Assembly (NCBI GenBank): GCA_951406725.2
Contig: OX597835.1
Span: forward strand, 9,734,001-9,798,000
Direction: 5' to 3'
Length of the DNA: 64,000 nt
Source of the DNA: Octopus vulgaris
Lineage: Eukaryota
The notes below the pieces were generated by a model. It was not told where the DNA came from and did not search any database. It was given only the letters and a program-made list of their open reading frames with translations. The number at the start of each line of letters is the position of its first letter. Position 1 is the first letter of the stretch. Position numbers and translations under genes: made by a program. Shown here in pieces: positions 41,121 to 54,428 of the stretch.

Positions 41121-41799
41121 GAGATGAGGGTCAATACAGAAATTTGATTTCATATTTCGCTGCTTAACAAAATACTTGGGCATTGGTGAGAGTGAGACAC
41201 TGTATGAAGGCTACGTGAGTGATGACGAAATTATACGTGTGGTTGTGGTTGTGTGTGTGCACCAAAGAAAAAATGAGCCGACTGTGGTCAGTAGTACGAC
41301 TTCGCATCAAAGAATGTAACTAGAAGTATAGTAAAATTCTGACAATATAAATTCTTGATTTATTGAAATTCTCTTACATTTGTGAGAAAGTAAACAAAAG
41401 CCTGGTGGCGATTGCCACAGGCTTTGAATGAGAAGGGGAGATAATCCTCAAAATGAATAATTCTCCGAAATTGGCATTGACAGATTTTTGTGCTTTATCT
41501 TTCCTTCTGGAGAAAATAAAACAGCTGTGATTCAACAGTAAATTGATTTCCGAACATTCTGTCTATATTTATTAAACCTGTTGATGTAAGTCTGTATACA
41601 AAAATATAACCAGAAGATCATATAACAAATAATAAAGTGAAAAGCAAAATATCTGTATACACACTATGAATAAAATTCAAGTTTAATGTTTCTTATATTA
41701 CAAACAAAAGACATATACATATGTACATATGCATATGTACATACATACAGACAGACAGATAGATATGTAGATTTGTATCACGTCATTCATATATGCATG

Positions 41800-42209
<410 letters not shown>

Positions 42210-43984
42210 TTGTATTTATTATCTATGGACATGTGTGCATGTATATGTCGGTATGTAGGTTTGATTAGAATGTAAGCATGAAATAAAACGCGAAGCCTTC
42301 TATAAGATTTAATTGTTGCAAATTCCAGGCGGATCCGACGATTCAGAAAAAAGCAATCAATTTCGCGAAAATAAAATGTTTATTGGAAATAGAATGATGT
42401 TCTACAGAGAGTAGGAAGAAGAGAAGAAAATGTAGAAGTACATAGAATTCGGTGAAGGAACTGAACAACTGTTGAAAATTGGAATTCAAAAAAAAAAAAG
42501 AACTTCAACAAACCCCAATAGATCCAAATCCAGGAAACAAATTAAACGAGGGGTCCCTATCGAACCGTGGCCACCAATAAAATTTGAAAACGTCCAAAGA
42601 GAACTAATTGAGGAAATGTTGACGATGGAAATGTTGACAATGATGAAAATTGCTCTTTCTGGTTGACAACTGACAGAAGAAAAAAATGCGAAAAAAATCG
42701 AATATATAAGTGGTTGAATAATAACCGTTTGGTTTTAGCAACACCGGTTCGTTCTGTATGAAGGACATTAGCGGAGATCACTGCAACAGAATCAATACTT
42801 CCGTCCGGAGATTAACCTCGCTTCACGGCGGACTGAATTCCTCTACAGACCCCAAATACCAAAAGCAAACGTATATCCGCCAAGCAATTCTCTTCCTCCT
42901 CTTCTAACATTCCTACTCACTAATTTAAAGGAGGATGAATTCACTTAACTACTTGATGGTTTCTCATGATTCCTGTTGATCCGTATTTACTGCCAGAGAC
43001 AGCACAGAATCAGGAGAAAATGTTACAGCTCCGATGTTTCTCATGATTTGAGACAGTTGTGACATCGGGGAGACAGTTGTGTAGCATATGGGTGTGTGTT
43101 GTTACGCGACTTGGTAAGAACAGATTCTTTGTTGGTTTGGTATTTATTCGCTTAAATCAAGGATGTCATGACTAAGCAGCTAAGTGAATTCATCCTCTTA
43201 GACAAGTTCCTTCACATTTCCCCACACACACCAATTTTATCTCGAGTGCTACATTTTAAAAGAAAAAATCCTTGTATTGCACGTGGAAGAAATCGTCAAA
43301 CTTGACAAAATGAACGGCGCTTAAGCAGCACTAATACGTCTGGAGAACAGCCATCGAACCACTTTCATGCATTCTTCATGTTCCAAATGAAGGTCTTGCA
43401 CCTTAGCCACCAAGATCTCAAGTATTCCAGCTGCCAAAATGCAGTCGATGCTTGCGATCCTTTGCTTAAAGGATCTCTAACAATTTTGTGAATTCTTCTT
43501 TTGGTTTATTCCCCATCAGTGCTGGCAACGTCAGAATTTCACCGATGGGCAAACCGTTCGAATCCCACAATTCCTATTTTTAATTCGAATCTTTACAGAA
43601 CTCACACTTCAACCACGATCAGTTCAAAACCTTGTTCCTTACCATTCCTTACCACGTCGATTATCACATACGCCGCCAACAGCATCGTACATCTCCACTC
43701 ATTTGAAAACCATCACACCACCACTCGTACCCCATCAATTACACTCTCGCACTGCGCCCTGCAACCAGCCCCCATCTCCATCAACACAACAGCAGTCTGC
43801 GTCGTTCTCAAGAATAGAAAACCGTCTGCACTCAACATTTATAATCAAAACACCTCCAAAGTGATCTTTATTAGACGATGATTCTGCACGTTGACAGAGC
43901 GACATTTGGCTACCTCTAACTAGAATATTGGGGGTTATAGGCATACAGGAATACAGACATAGGCATACATATGCACACATAAAA

Positions 43985-44036
<52 letters not shown>

Positions 44037-44041
44037 CACAC

Positions 44042-44443
44042 ACAGGAGTGGCTGTGTGGTAAGTAGCTTGCTTACCAACCACATGGTTCCGGTTTCAGTC
44101 CCACTGCGTGGCACCTTAGGCAAGTGTCTTCTACTATAGCCTCAGGCCGACCAAAGCCTTGTGAGTGGATTTGGCAGGCGGTAACTGAAAGAAGCCTGTC
44201 GTATATATGTATGTATATATATGTGTGTGTGTGTATGCTTGTGTTTGTGTATGTCCCCCTAACATCGCTTGATAACCGATGCTGGTGTGTTTACATCCCC
44301 GTAGCTTAGCAGTTCGGCAAAAGAGACCGATAGAATAAGTACTAGGCTTACAAAGAATATGTTCTGGGGTCGACGTGCTCGACTAAAGGCGGTGCTCCAG
44401 CATGGCCGCAGTCAAATGACTGAAACAAGTAAAAGAGTAAAAG
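44042..44443 (+). mobile_element. SINE family A, near full length
   Basis: Collinear with 25023-25422. Confidence 0.92.
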
Positions 44444-44524
44444 ACACACACACGTATAAATGTTTACATATACGTATATATATATATATATATGTGTGTG
44501 TGTATGCATAATAACATACATATA

Positions 44525-44922
44525 CTCTTTTACTCTTTTACTGGTTTCAGTCATTTGACTGCGGCCATGCTGGAGCACCGCCTTCAGTCGAGCAAATCGA
44601 CCCCGGGACTTATTCTTTGTAAGCTTATCGGTCTCTTTTGCCGAACCGCTACGTGACGGGGACGTAAACACACCAGCATCGGTTGTCAAGCAATGCTAGG
44701 GGGACAAACACAGACACACAAACATATACACACACACTTATATATATATATACACATATATACGACAGGCTTCTTTCAGTTTCCGTCTACCAAATCCACT
44801 CACAAGGCATTGGTCGGCCCGGGGCAATAGCAGAAGACACTTGCCCAAGATGCCACGCAGTGGTACTGAACCCGGAACCATGTGGTTGGTTAGCAAGCTA
44901 CTTACCACACAGCCACTCCTGC
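44525..44922 (-). mobile_element. SINE family A, near full length, flanked by a ~200-bp direct repeat
   Basis: Collinear with 3601-4031; flanks 44333-44524 and 44923-45126 are duplicates. Confidence 0.92.
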
Positions 44923-45063
44923 GAATAGGTACTAGGCTTACAAAGAATATGTTCTGGGGTCGATGTGCTCGACTAAAGGCGGTGCTCCAGCATGGCCGCA
45001 GTCAAATGACTGAAACAAGTAAAAGAGCAAAAGACACACACACGTATAAATGTTTATATATAC

Positions 45064-45108
<45 letters not shown>

Positions 45109-45318
45109 CTTAATAACATACATATATGCATATATACACACCGCCGTCTCTCCTGATGTCCTTCAGCGAATTTCCTCTGATTCATACCATTATATTCCAC
45201 TATTTGTTCATCCATTCCTTTCTCTTTTCTTCTGTCAATCATCCACTACCACTACCACCACAAACACCACCACCCTGTACCTACATCTATATTATATGCT
45301 CGCTCTACTCCTCCATAC

Positions 45319-45354
<36 letters not shown>

Positions 45355-47168
45355 TCCTTTCCTTTCTCATTTTTACGCCCACATTCACTCATTCTTTGTC
45401 TCTAGCTTTTTCTTACTATCTCTTCTTTCTTTTCTTTCTATATCTGCCTCTTCCTCTCTGTCTCTCATCTTCTCCTTTTTTTTTCCTTTCGTTCCATTCT
45501 TTCTAGAAACCTAAATAAAGAATTTCAACCTCTGTCTTACTCGCACACTCCACACTCTACTTCACTCTCCCTCTCTCACTCTCTCTCTCTCTATCCCTCT
45601 CTCTCTCTCTCTCTCACTCTTACTCGTACAATCTTTCTTTCACTCCCTCTATCTATCTATCTGTCTATTTCTCCATGTCTCTTTACCCTTCTTTCTTTCT
45701 TTCCCCCATGTGTTTTTTTCTTTCTCTCTCTCCTTTCTTTTATTTACCTTCATCCCTCTCTCCCCCTTTCTCTCTCTCATTCTCTCTCTCTCTGATTCTC
45801 TTTCACTCTCTCACCTTAAGCCCCTGCTCTATCCAAAACGCGGGTGGTTACGTATTTGGAAGATAACACAACATAGCAAACAAATGAGGTTTAGTGTTAG
45901 CCACAACTTTATTATAAAAAAACCAGCATCAATGTTGAACGAAAGTATAACATATGGTGAAAATACAACATAGCGAAGAACACCAGGGCGAAGATGAGAC
46001 TCGCTAGGTGGTGCCTTGATCAGTTCAATAATAGCAAACCGAAGGCGGGAAACGGTCCATGTTGTTCAAAAGGACATAATTTATTTTACCGCATTGATCA
46101 CCACGAGAGACTCACCACTATGATATATACGGTAAAAATCAACTCGGCAGGAATATAATTACAAAAAAATTCATGAGATTTGTGCAAACCAGCCGGAATC
46201 TCATTAAATTACGTATCATTCTTAATATGTTCTGGCAGATTCGAGTGTGAATATGCTAAGCGCTGCAGTATTTCGCCATTAGAGAACATCTCCTTATAAC
46301 ATACGTGATTCAATGGGAGTAAAGGGGCTTGGAAACACAGCAGTGTTTCGACCTTATTGTCTCTGTCCAGTCAAAGCTTATCCGGATCCATTAATTCTAG
46401 ACGTTTATAACTACAGAGATTAGCTAATAGAAATCAGCAAAATTATTATGTACTGATACGTTCTCATGTCTGCCAAATCGATAATTTATGAGGTGCACTT
46501 AAAATGGTGAAAATCAAAGCAAAAGAGCATCTTTCATTTTATTATTTTTTCGTAGGTTTTGAACGGAAATACACCGATCGCTGTTGTATTTCGTCTTCAG
46601 AGAATATCTACCCCCTTTATCTGAGCTTGCTTTAACTGATGAGTCTCAGAATAAGGTCGAAACATTGCAATGTTTCAGAATCCTCTTAAATCAAAGAAGT
46701 GCATATCTAAAAAAAAGAAGAAAAGTTTGTCTCTGAGGACGAAATAAGACAGGGCATCTGCCAGAATGCATTAAGAATGAATAGATTCCATAATATTTGT
46801 ACTATAAGATAAAGGAAGGAGGAAAAACAAATTAGGAATTGTTCCAAAGTAAATGTACAAATTTACTGACAGTTGTAAACCGAAAAACGATTGACCTCGA
46901 CGCGTGTCAAAATGTCAGGCTGCAACTGAATAATAGAAATAAAAACAAAATAAAAACAGAAATTAAAACAAAAACAAAGCGAGTTAAATCAATCTTAGAA
47001 AACTTGCAGATTATCAAAATAGTCTTGGAATTAATATTCAGCAGTTGCAGAGGAGTTGTGACGCTGACAAAAGTAAAGAAATACAACGAAAAATTTGACA
47101 CCACAACAAATAAATGTGGGTGAATTTAATAAACTTTTGTGGGTTTGGATTCTTTATATGAGTCTTTA

Positions 47169-47553
47169 GTGGAGGCGCAATGGCCCAGTGGTTAGGGCAG
47201 CGGACTCGCGGTCATAGGATCGCGGTTTCGATTCCCAGATCGGGCGTTGTGAGTGCTTATTGAGCGAAAACACCTAAAGCTCCACAAGTCTCCGGCAGAG
47301 GATGGTGGTGATCCCTGCTGTACTCTTTCACCACAACTTTCACTCACTCTTACTTCCTGTTTCTGTTGTACCTGTATTTTCAAAGAACCGGCCTTGTCAC
47401 TCTCTGTGTCACGCTGAATATTCCTGAGAACTACGTTAAGGGTGCACGTGTCTGTGGAGTGCTCAGCCACTTACACGTTAATTTCACGAGCAGGCTGTTC
47501 CGTTGATTCGGATCAACCGGAAACCTCGTCGTCGTTACCGACGGAGTGCTTCC
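47169..47553 (+). mobile_element. SINE family C, tail type 1, full length
   Basis: 11-bp TSD ATGAGTCTTTA (47158-47168 / 47554-47564). Confidence 0.93.
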
Positions 47554-48118
47554 ATGAGTCTTTAATGACGTAATTACCATAGTAAAGATTGCGTAGAATT
47601 ATAGAAAAATAATACGTATGATTCCAGTCTTTATTTTTTAACCGTGTGTTGAAATAAAAATACGCGTCAATTAGATTCTGCTGCGGTAAACTCAACCAGT
47701 GCACTACACCAGTACCATGCCATTTCATTAAACTAGTTGAACGAGTTCCATTAAGTAATTTATTGTAATGCACGAGTGTTTCTGGCCGTGAATAGCGGAT
47801 GCAATTAGTGGAGAGTCAAGAGTCACCAAGTTCCTGAAAATTGAATCTGATGTTCTTCCTCTTCATCTAACAGCCACTGTTCTAATTTTGGCCTCAGACC
47901 AACAATTTTGACAGGAAGAGGCAAGTTGATTTTTATCGACCCCATTGTTTGACTGGTACTTATCTCATCGATGAAATCTTAGCCGACCTCTGCGAAATTT
48001 GAACTCGGAAAGTAAAGATCTGGAAGAAATGCTGCTAAGCATTTTGTCCGACGCGCTAACGGTTCTGCCAATATGCCGCACTCTACTGACTTTTTAATAT
48101 TCTTTTCTGCTCTAGTCG

Positions 48119-48553
48119 ACTACTCTTTTACTCTTTTACTTGTTGCAGTCATTTGACTGCGGCCATGCTGGAGCACCGCCTTTAGTCAAGCAAATCGACC
48201 CCAGGACTTATTCTTTGTGAGCCTAGTACTTATTCTATCGGTCTCTTTTGCCGAACCGCTAAGTTACGGGGATGTAAACTCACCATCATCAGTTGTCAAG
48301 CGATGTTGGGAGGACAAACACAGACACAAACACATACACACATACACACACATATACACACACACATATATACATACATATACATATATACGACGGGCTT
48401 CTTTCAGTTTCTGTCTACCAGATCCATTCACAAGGCTTTGGCCGGCCCGATGCTATAGTAGAAGACACTTGCCCAAAGTGTCACGCAGTGGGACTGAACC
48501 TGGAGCCATGAGGTTGGTAAGCAAGCTACTCACCACACAGCCACTCCTGCACC
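48119..48553 (-). mobile_element. SINE family A within a cluster of decayed family-B copies (47880-48880)
   Basis: Collinear with family A; flanks carry family-B core motifs in both orientations. Confidence 0.88.
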
Positions 48554-49684
48554 TATAAATTAAGTACTTGTTGCGTACTGAGGTTGATTAGATCAACCCC
48601 AGTACGCAACTGGTACATAATTTATCGACACTGAAAGGATGAAAGGCAGAGTCGACCTCGGCGGAATTTGAACTCAGCTAACAGCCTTATTCTGTCTTTT
48701 TGATATTAATAATAAACAAGGCAACGAACTGGCAGCAACGTTAGTACGGCAGGCAAAATGTTTCGTGCGGTTTTACGTTATTAGTTCAAATTCCATCGAA
48801 GTCAACTTTGCATTTTATCTTTTACGGGTTGAATAAATAAGTACGAGTTGAATATTGGAGTCGATGTAATCGACTCCCCTCTTTCACACAATTCCTTTTC
48901 TTTGCACCAAATTTTGAAACCCATATAAATGATAATCAATGTCCATTCATTAACTTTCTGTCATTGAACTACTATCAAGCTAGGACACGGCTTTATATGG
49001 CGAAATACTTCATAATAAACGAACGAGTGCTTTTCTTACTTAAATAAGTGCTTTTCTTACTTAAATAAGTATCATAAAAATAATAAAATGCAAACCGTTT
49101 GGTAAATAAATATCGAACGTAGTAAAGATAGTCATCCGGTTTTATCGCTGAAAAAAACATAACTCTTCCAGCAGGTAGATTTGCAAGCCATTAACAGATT
49201 AGTGTGATTAATGGAGGTGATGCAGTTTAAGCTGAACTTCTGTAGATGAAATCCTTTAAGGAAAATTTGTGGATAGAGAGAGACGGGGAGAGGTAGGGGT
49301 AATGGTCAGGGGAGTTGAGCTCCTTTTTGTATGTTGATGATGTTTCTAGAGAGCATGTAAGTAGGAAAGGTGTTGTTTTTGTAGATTTGATGTCTGTGGT
49401 GTAAACATGGGCAGGTTGAAGTCTAGTTGAACGTTCCTTTCACAGCCTCATCGATCTAAGTCGATCATTCTATCAGGCAAATTGGCAGAGTGTTTCTAAT
49501 GTAGCCTCGAATTGTTCAGTATCTTCGGAATGGAATTTCGTAGAAGGAACCAGTGTTGAAGCCTGGCATGGATGGACGGACGGATGGATGGGTAATTTTC
49601 CTTTGAGATTTGAGAAGTGAGTGACGAAACATATGGCTTCTTAACAACTTCAACAACTTAAACACAATAGTAAAATGAAAAAGT

Positions 49685-50020
49685 GTCAGTGATTGAGTGA
49701 TCGAGTGATTGAGTGCTTGATTGAATGACTGAATGGTTGATTAATTGAGTTGAGTGAGTTTAGTGAGTGATTTAGTAGGTGGTTGAGTGAGTAGATTAGT
49801 GTGCGAATAAATGAGCGGGCGAGTGGGTGAGTGAGTGAGTGAGTTAGTGAGTGAGTGAGTGATTGAGTGGGTGGTTGAGTGGGTGGGTGAGTGAGAGAGT
49901 GGGTAAGTGAGTGGGTAAGTGAGTGAGTGAATGTGCGAGTGAATGAGTGAGTGAGTGAATGAGTGAGTGAGTGAGTGAGTGAGTGAGTGAGTGAGTGAGT
50001 GAGTGAGTGAGCGAGTGAGG
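49685..50020. repeat. (GAGT)n microsatellite, degenerating leftwards
   Basis: Directly visible. Confidence 0.93.
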
Positions 50021-50554
50021 GGATGAATATGTTTGTTGGGTAAAAATAAAAAGAGAAACTATGACAATGTAAATGCGATGGGGAAGGGTGGATTGGTTTC
50101 TATGTCTAGTCCAGTATCTGGTAATTTTGTCAGCAAGCTAGAAAGGAACAAAGAAAGGGCTGACCAGTGAAGGATTTCAGTTGGGGACCGGAAGGGATAT
50201 CAATGAACATCACGTGGCAGTGTGTAGTAGACAGGCTCTGCCGATTCCCTCGGCAGCCACCACCTTCACAACGTACGAGCGGCTGAGTATTCCACAGACG
50301 CGCGTATCGTTAATATAATTTTCATAGAGAATCAGCGTGACTCTACGTGTGTGGCAAGGCTGGATCATTGAATTACGTGTACAATCCAAACGACAGGCTT
50401 CCAAACAGTTTCTACACACAAACCCACAAATACACACTTCTACCCAAGTTCACACACAAGGCCTGCGTCGACCCGTGATAAAGGACACCCAACATGGGGG
50501 ATCGAATTCGTGACCACCTAGCTGTGAAACGGTCTCTTTATCTCTTCCCTAACA

Positions 50555-51200
50555 GTCCTTTCTACTTTACGTACAAAGCCTGAAATGTTGTAGAAGTGGG
50601 TAAGTCGATAACAACGACCCCTAGTGGTCAGCTGGTATTTAATACATCGACCGTGAAGAGATCAAAAGTAATGTCGACCTCGACGAGATTTGAACTCAGA
50701 ACATGAAGACAGACGAAATGCTGCTAGGAATGTTGTCCGACATGCTAACGATTCTGCCAGTTCACCGACTTCGTCTTCTCTTATAGGGTTTCAAGTTTTG
50801 GCACAGGACCAGCACTTTTTGAGAGGAAGGGAAGTCGATTACATCGACCCTAGTACTTGACTGGTACTTATTTTATCGATACCTAAACGCTGAAAGGCAA
50901 AGCCAGACCCGGCTGAATTTGAACTCTGAACGGGAAGTCGGAAGAAATGCCGCTAAGCATTTTTTCCGGTGCGGCAACGCGTCTGTCAGTTCGCTGGCTT
51001 CGTCTTCTCAACCAGTAATTTCTCATATAAGTGCAATGTCAGAAGTCTGGAGATAAATTGACCCCGGGACATGACTGGTACTTTATTCTATCGAAAGCGG
51101 AAGGATAAAAGTCAAATGAGGTTGACCTCGGCGGGATTTGAACTCAGTATATAAAGAACCGAAACGAAATTTTATCCAACACTATAACAATTCTGTCAAT
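50555..51200 (-). mobile_element. Three consecutive decayed family-B-related SINE copies
   Basis: Recurrent GACCCC/T...CTGGTA...ATCGA...ATTTGAACTC motifs at about 220-230 bp spacing. Confidence 0.7.
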
Positions 51201-51693
51201 GATAAACAACGTATATAATTACGTCGCATCTCAACTTCGCTCTTAAAACAACTGACACTACTACTCCCCACTGCTACCTTACCGCCGCCACCACCACCAC
51301 CACCACCACCATCACCACCACCACCTCTGGCCTCCTGGTCTGAAATACAGATATCTGTTATCCTTCAATCTTTGATCAGTGACTTTTATATCGCGGGTCA
51401 GGATTGATTGATCGGACCTACGGCTTCTTCACAACAACAACAACAACAGCAACAACAACACAAGAAACAGCAACAGTGACGAGACGACTGGTGCACTTCT
51501 ACGTAATCTCTATAAATACAGTGATTGTAACCACCATCAGTTGTACATCAAACACCGCCTCCATCGCCGCCACATCCGCCATTTCTAATATGGCGGTCGT
51601 ATGTCTGAAGTTCTAAATCTTCCGGGCAGCACAAGAGACATTTTGTTAAACGCTTAGATTATTATTGGTACAGCTGGAAATATTATAACTATA

Positions 51694-51765
<72 letters not shown>

Positions 51766-52112
51766 GAGGAGGACGACGGGGAAGAATGAGGATAACGACG
51801 GCGAAAATGATGATGAGAATGGTGACAACGACGACGATGGTGGTGGTGGTGGTGGTGGCGATGGCGACAGCGTTTAGATCCCTAGGTCTGTCATTAGCTA
51901 TGGTCAAAAGCCTTCCAGATAATGACCATCTCGTCTATTTTTTTTTTGTTTTTTATATTATTGTCCATTATGTAGGAAATTTGACTGGTGACTATTGGTG
52001 CCTCCACCTATGGTTGCTTTCGGAGTAAGAGTGGAAGAGAAAGAAAGTTTTCTGACAGACAAGAGGGTGAAGTTTCCTTTTAAGGGGAGAACACTGCTAG
52101 GGTTTATATATA

Positions 52113-52148
<36 letters not shown>

Positions 52149-52174
52149 TGTATGTATGTATGTATGTATATATG

Positions 52175-52326
<152 letters not shown>

Positions 52327-52592
52327 TTTTTTCCATTTAACTGTAGTTCGGCATTATGGTTTTGTAAAGGTTTATTACGGACGAATGTGAAGAACCCTAA
52401 CGAAGCACGTGAGGATGTTCATAAAAGCGCCAATAATGATGGAACGATCACAGCAAGGAACATTGATTAAGCAATTCTTTAATCAGCTGTCGTCATATGT
52501 TGATGAGTTACGCTCGAGCAGCGATGAACTGGTGGAACTGTACAGTAACACTGTATAACAACATATCATTGTGTCATAGGTTTGCTGTTCCA

Positions 52593-53392
52593 ACAATACC
52601 TATTTCTTTACTACCCACAAGGGGCTAAACACAGAGGGGACAAACAAGGACAGACATAGGTATTAAGTCGATTACATCGACCCCAGTGCGTAACTGGTAC
52701 TTATTTAATCGACCCCGAAAGGATGAAAGGCAAAGTCGACCTCGGCGGAATTTGAACTCACAACGTAACGGCAGACGAAGCTGGTACAATACAATACCTA
52801 TTTCTTTATTACCCACAAGGGGCTAAACACAGAGGGGACAAACAAGGACAGACATAGGTATTAAGTCGATTACATCGACCCCAGTGCGTAACTGGTACTT
52901 ATTTAATCGACCCCGAAAGGATGAAAGGCAAAGTCGACCTCGGCGGAATTTGAACTCACAACGTAACGGCAGACGAAGCTGGTACAATACAATACCTATT
53001 TCTTTACTACCCACAAGGGGCTAAACACAGAGGAGACAAACAAGGACAGACATAGGTATTAAGTCGATTACATCGACCCCAGTGCGTAACTGGTACTTAT
53101 TTAATCGACCCCGAAAGGATGAAAGGCAAAGTTGACCTCGGCGGAATTTGAACTCACAACGTAACGGCAGACGAAGCTGGTACAATACAATACCTATTTC
53201 TTTATTACCCACAAGGGGCTAAACACAGAGGGGACAAACAAGGACAGACATAGGTATTAAGTCGATTACATCGACCCCAGTGCGTAACTGGTACTTATTT
53301 AATCGACCCCGAAATGATGAAAGGCAAAGTCGACCTCGGCGGAATTTGAACTCAGAACGTAACGGCAGACGAAGCTGGTACAATACAATACC
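52593..53392 (-). repeat. Tandem array of four 198-bp units of a 5'-truncated family-B SINE
   Basis: Identical anchors recur every 198 bp (ORF ends at 52625, 52823, 53021, 53219). Confidence 0.97.
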
Positions 53393-53584
53393 GTACAGTA
53401 AATGATCATAGTATTGTATATTTGTTGCTTGTAAAGAGAGGAACTGGAGTGATACCCATCGTGCAAAAAAACACACAGATCTCTGTGTTGTTCAACGGCT
53501 CGAGCAGATTGAACACTATACTGTACTATGGGACAGCATATTATCCTTGATTTGCGCCTGAAACAGACAAAAATGCTACAGCGC

Positions 53585-53878
53585 AATGTATCAAATTATA
53601 TCATTATGTCGTTGATCTGTGGCTCAAGCAGACACTACACAGCACTGTATAAGATCATAGTATTGCCACCAATCTTCAGTTCAAACAGACAAAAATAAGC
53701 GACACACAGCACAGTGTAACAATATATCTTTATGTCGTTGATCTGTGGCTCAAGCAGACACTACACAGCACTGTATAACATCATAGTATTGCCACCAATC
53801 TTCAGTCCAAACAGACAAAAGTAAGCGACACACAGTGTAACAACATATCTTTATGTCGTTGATCCGCAGCTCAAACAA
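53585..53878. repeat. Minisatellite with a 121-126 bp period (dimer of ~60-bp subunits)
   Basis: TATGTCGTTGATC at 53605, 53731 and 53852. Confidence 0.9.
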
Positions 53879-54377
53879 AAATGAACAGCACCTACGCAAC
53901 ACGGAAAAGCAACGTCACACCTACTCGTGTCAGTAATGTTATTGGTTTTATTCAAGATGACCGGCAGCTCTTCACTACAAAAAAATAATAATAAATCAAC
54001 GCTCCTTCATTTTTACCATTACAATAAAAATCTGACATTTTTTTTTCCTGCGTATTGAGTCACTCCTAAGGGAAGTTTCTTGGAAAGCTCGCGGTTTGTT
54101 TGATCTAAGAAGCAGCATCTCAAACAATTGACAATATCACAACCTTTAACACATAAATCTGAGATAACATCAACAGGAAATATCAACTTTACTCAAGGTT
54201 TAAAAAAAGTCTGCAAAACCACACCAAACACATCACCGTCTTTCTTATGATGACAAAAATATCACCACCGCCGTCGCCGCCACCACCGCCATCAGCATTA
54301 ATCCTTAATGAAGGAGGCACAAACCTTTGTCTTGACCTGGTAGTCTTAGCGGCTAAATTTCCCTCAAATTATAGCTA

Positions 54378-54428
54378 GGTCGACTAAAAAAGTTGGGTCG
54401 ACTAAAAAAATTGGGTCGACTAAAAAAA
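54378..54428. repeat. 18-bp tandem repeat, three copies
   Basis: GGTCGACTAAAAAA(G/A)TTG repeated, the third copy partial. Confidence 0.9.

Noticed and set aside
47169-47245. tRNA gene
   Set aside because: It is the tRNA-derived head of a SINE: it continues into the SINE body and is bounded by TSDs. The same applies to all other A- and B-box hits.
52593-53392. CRISPR-like array or repeated small-protein genes
   Set aside because: Units are contiguous SINE copies with no unique spacers, the context is eukaryotic, and there are no cas genes.
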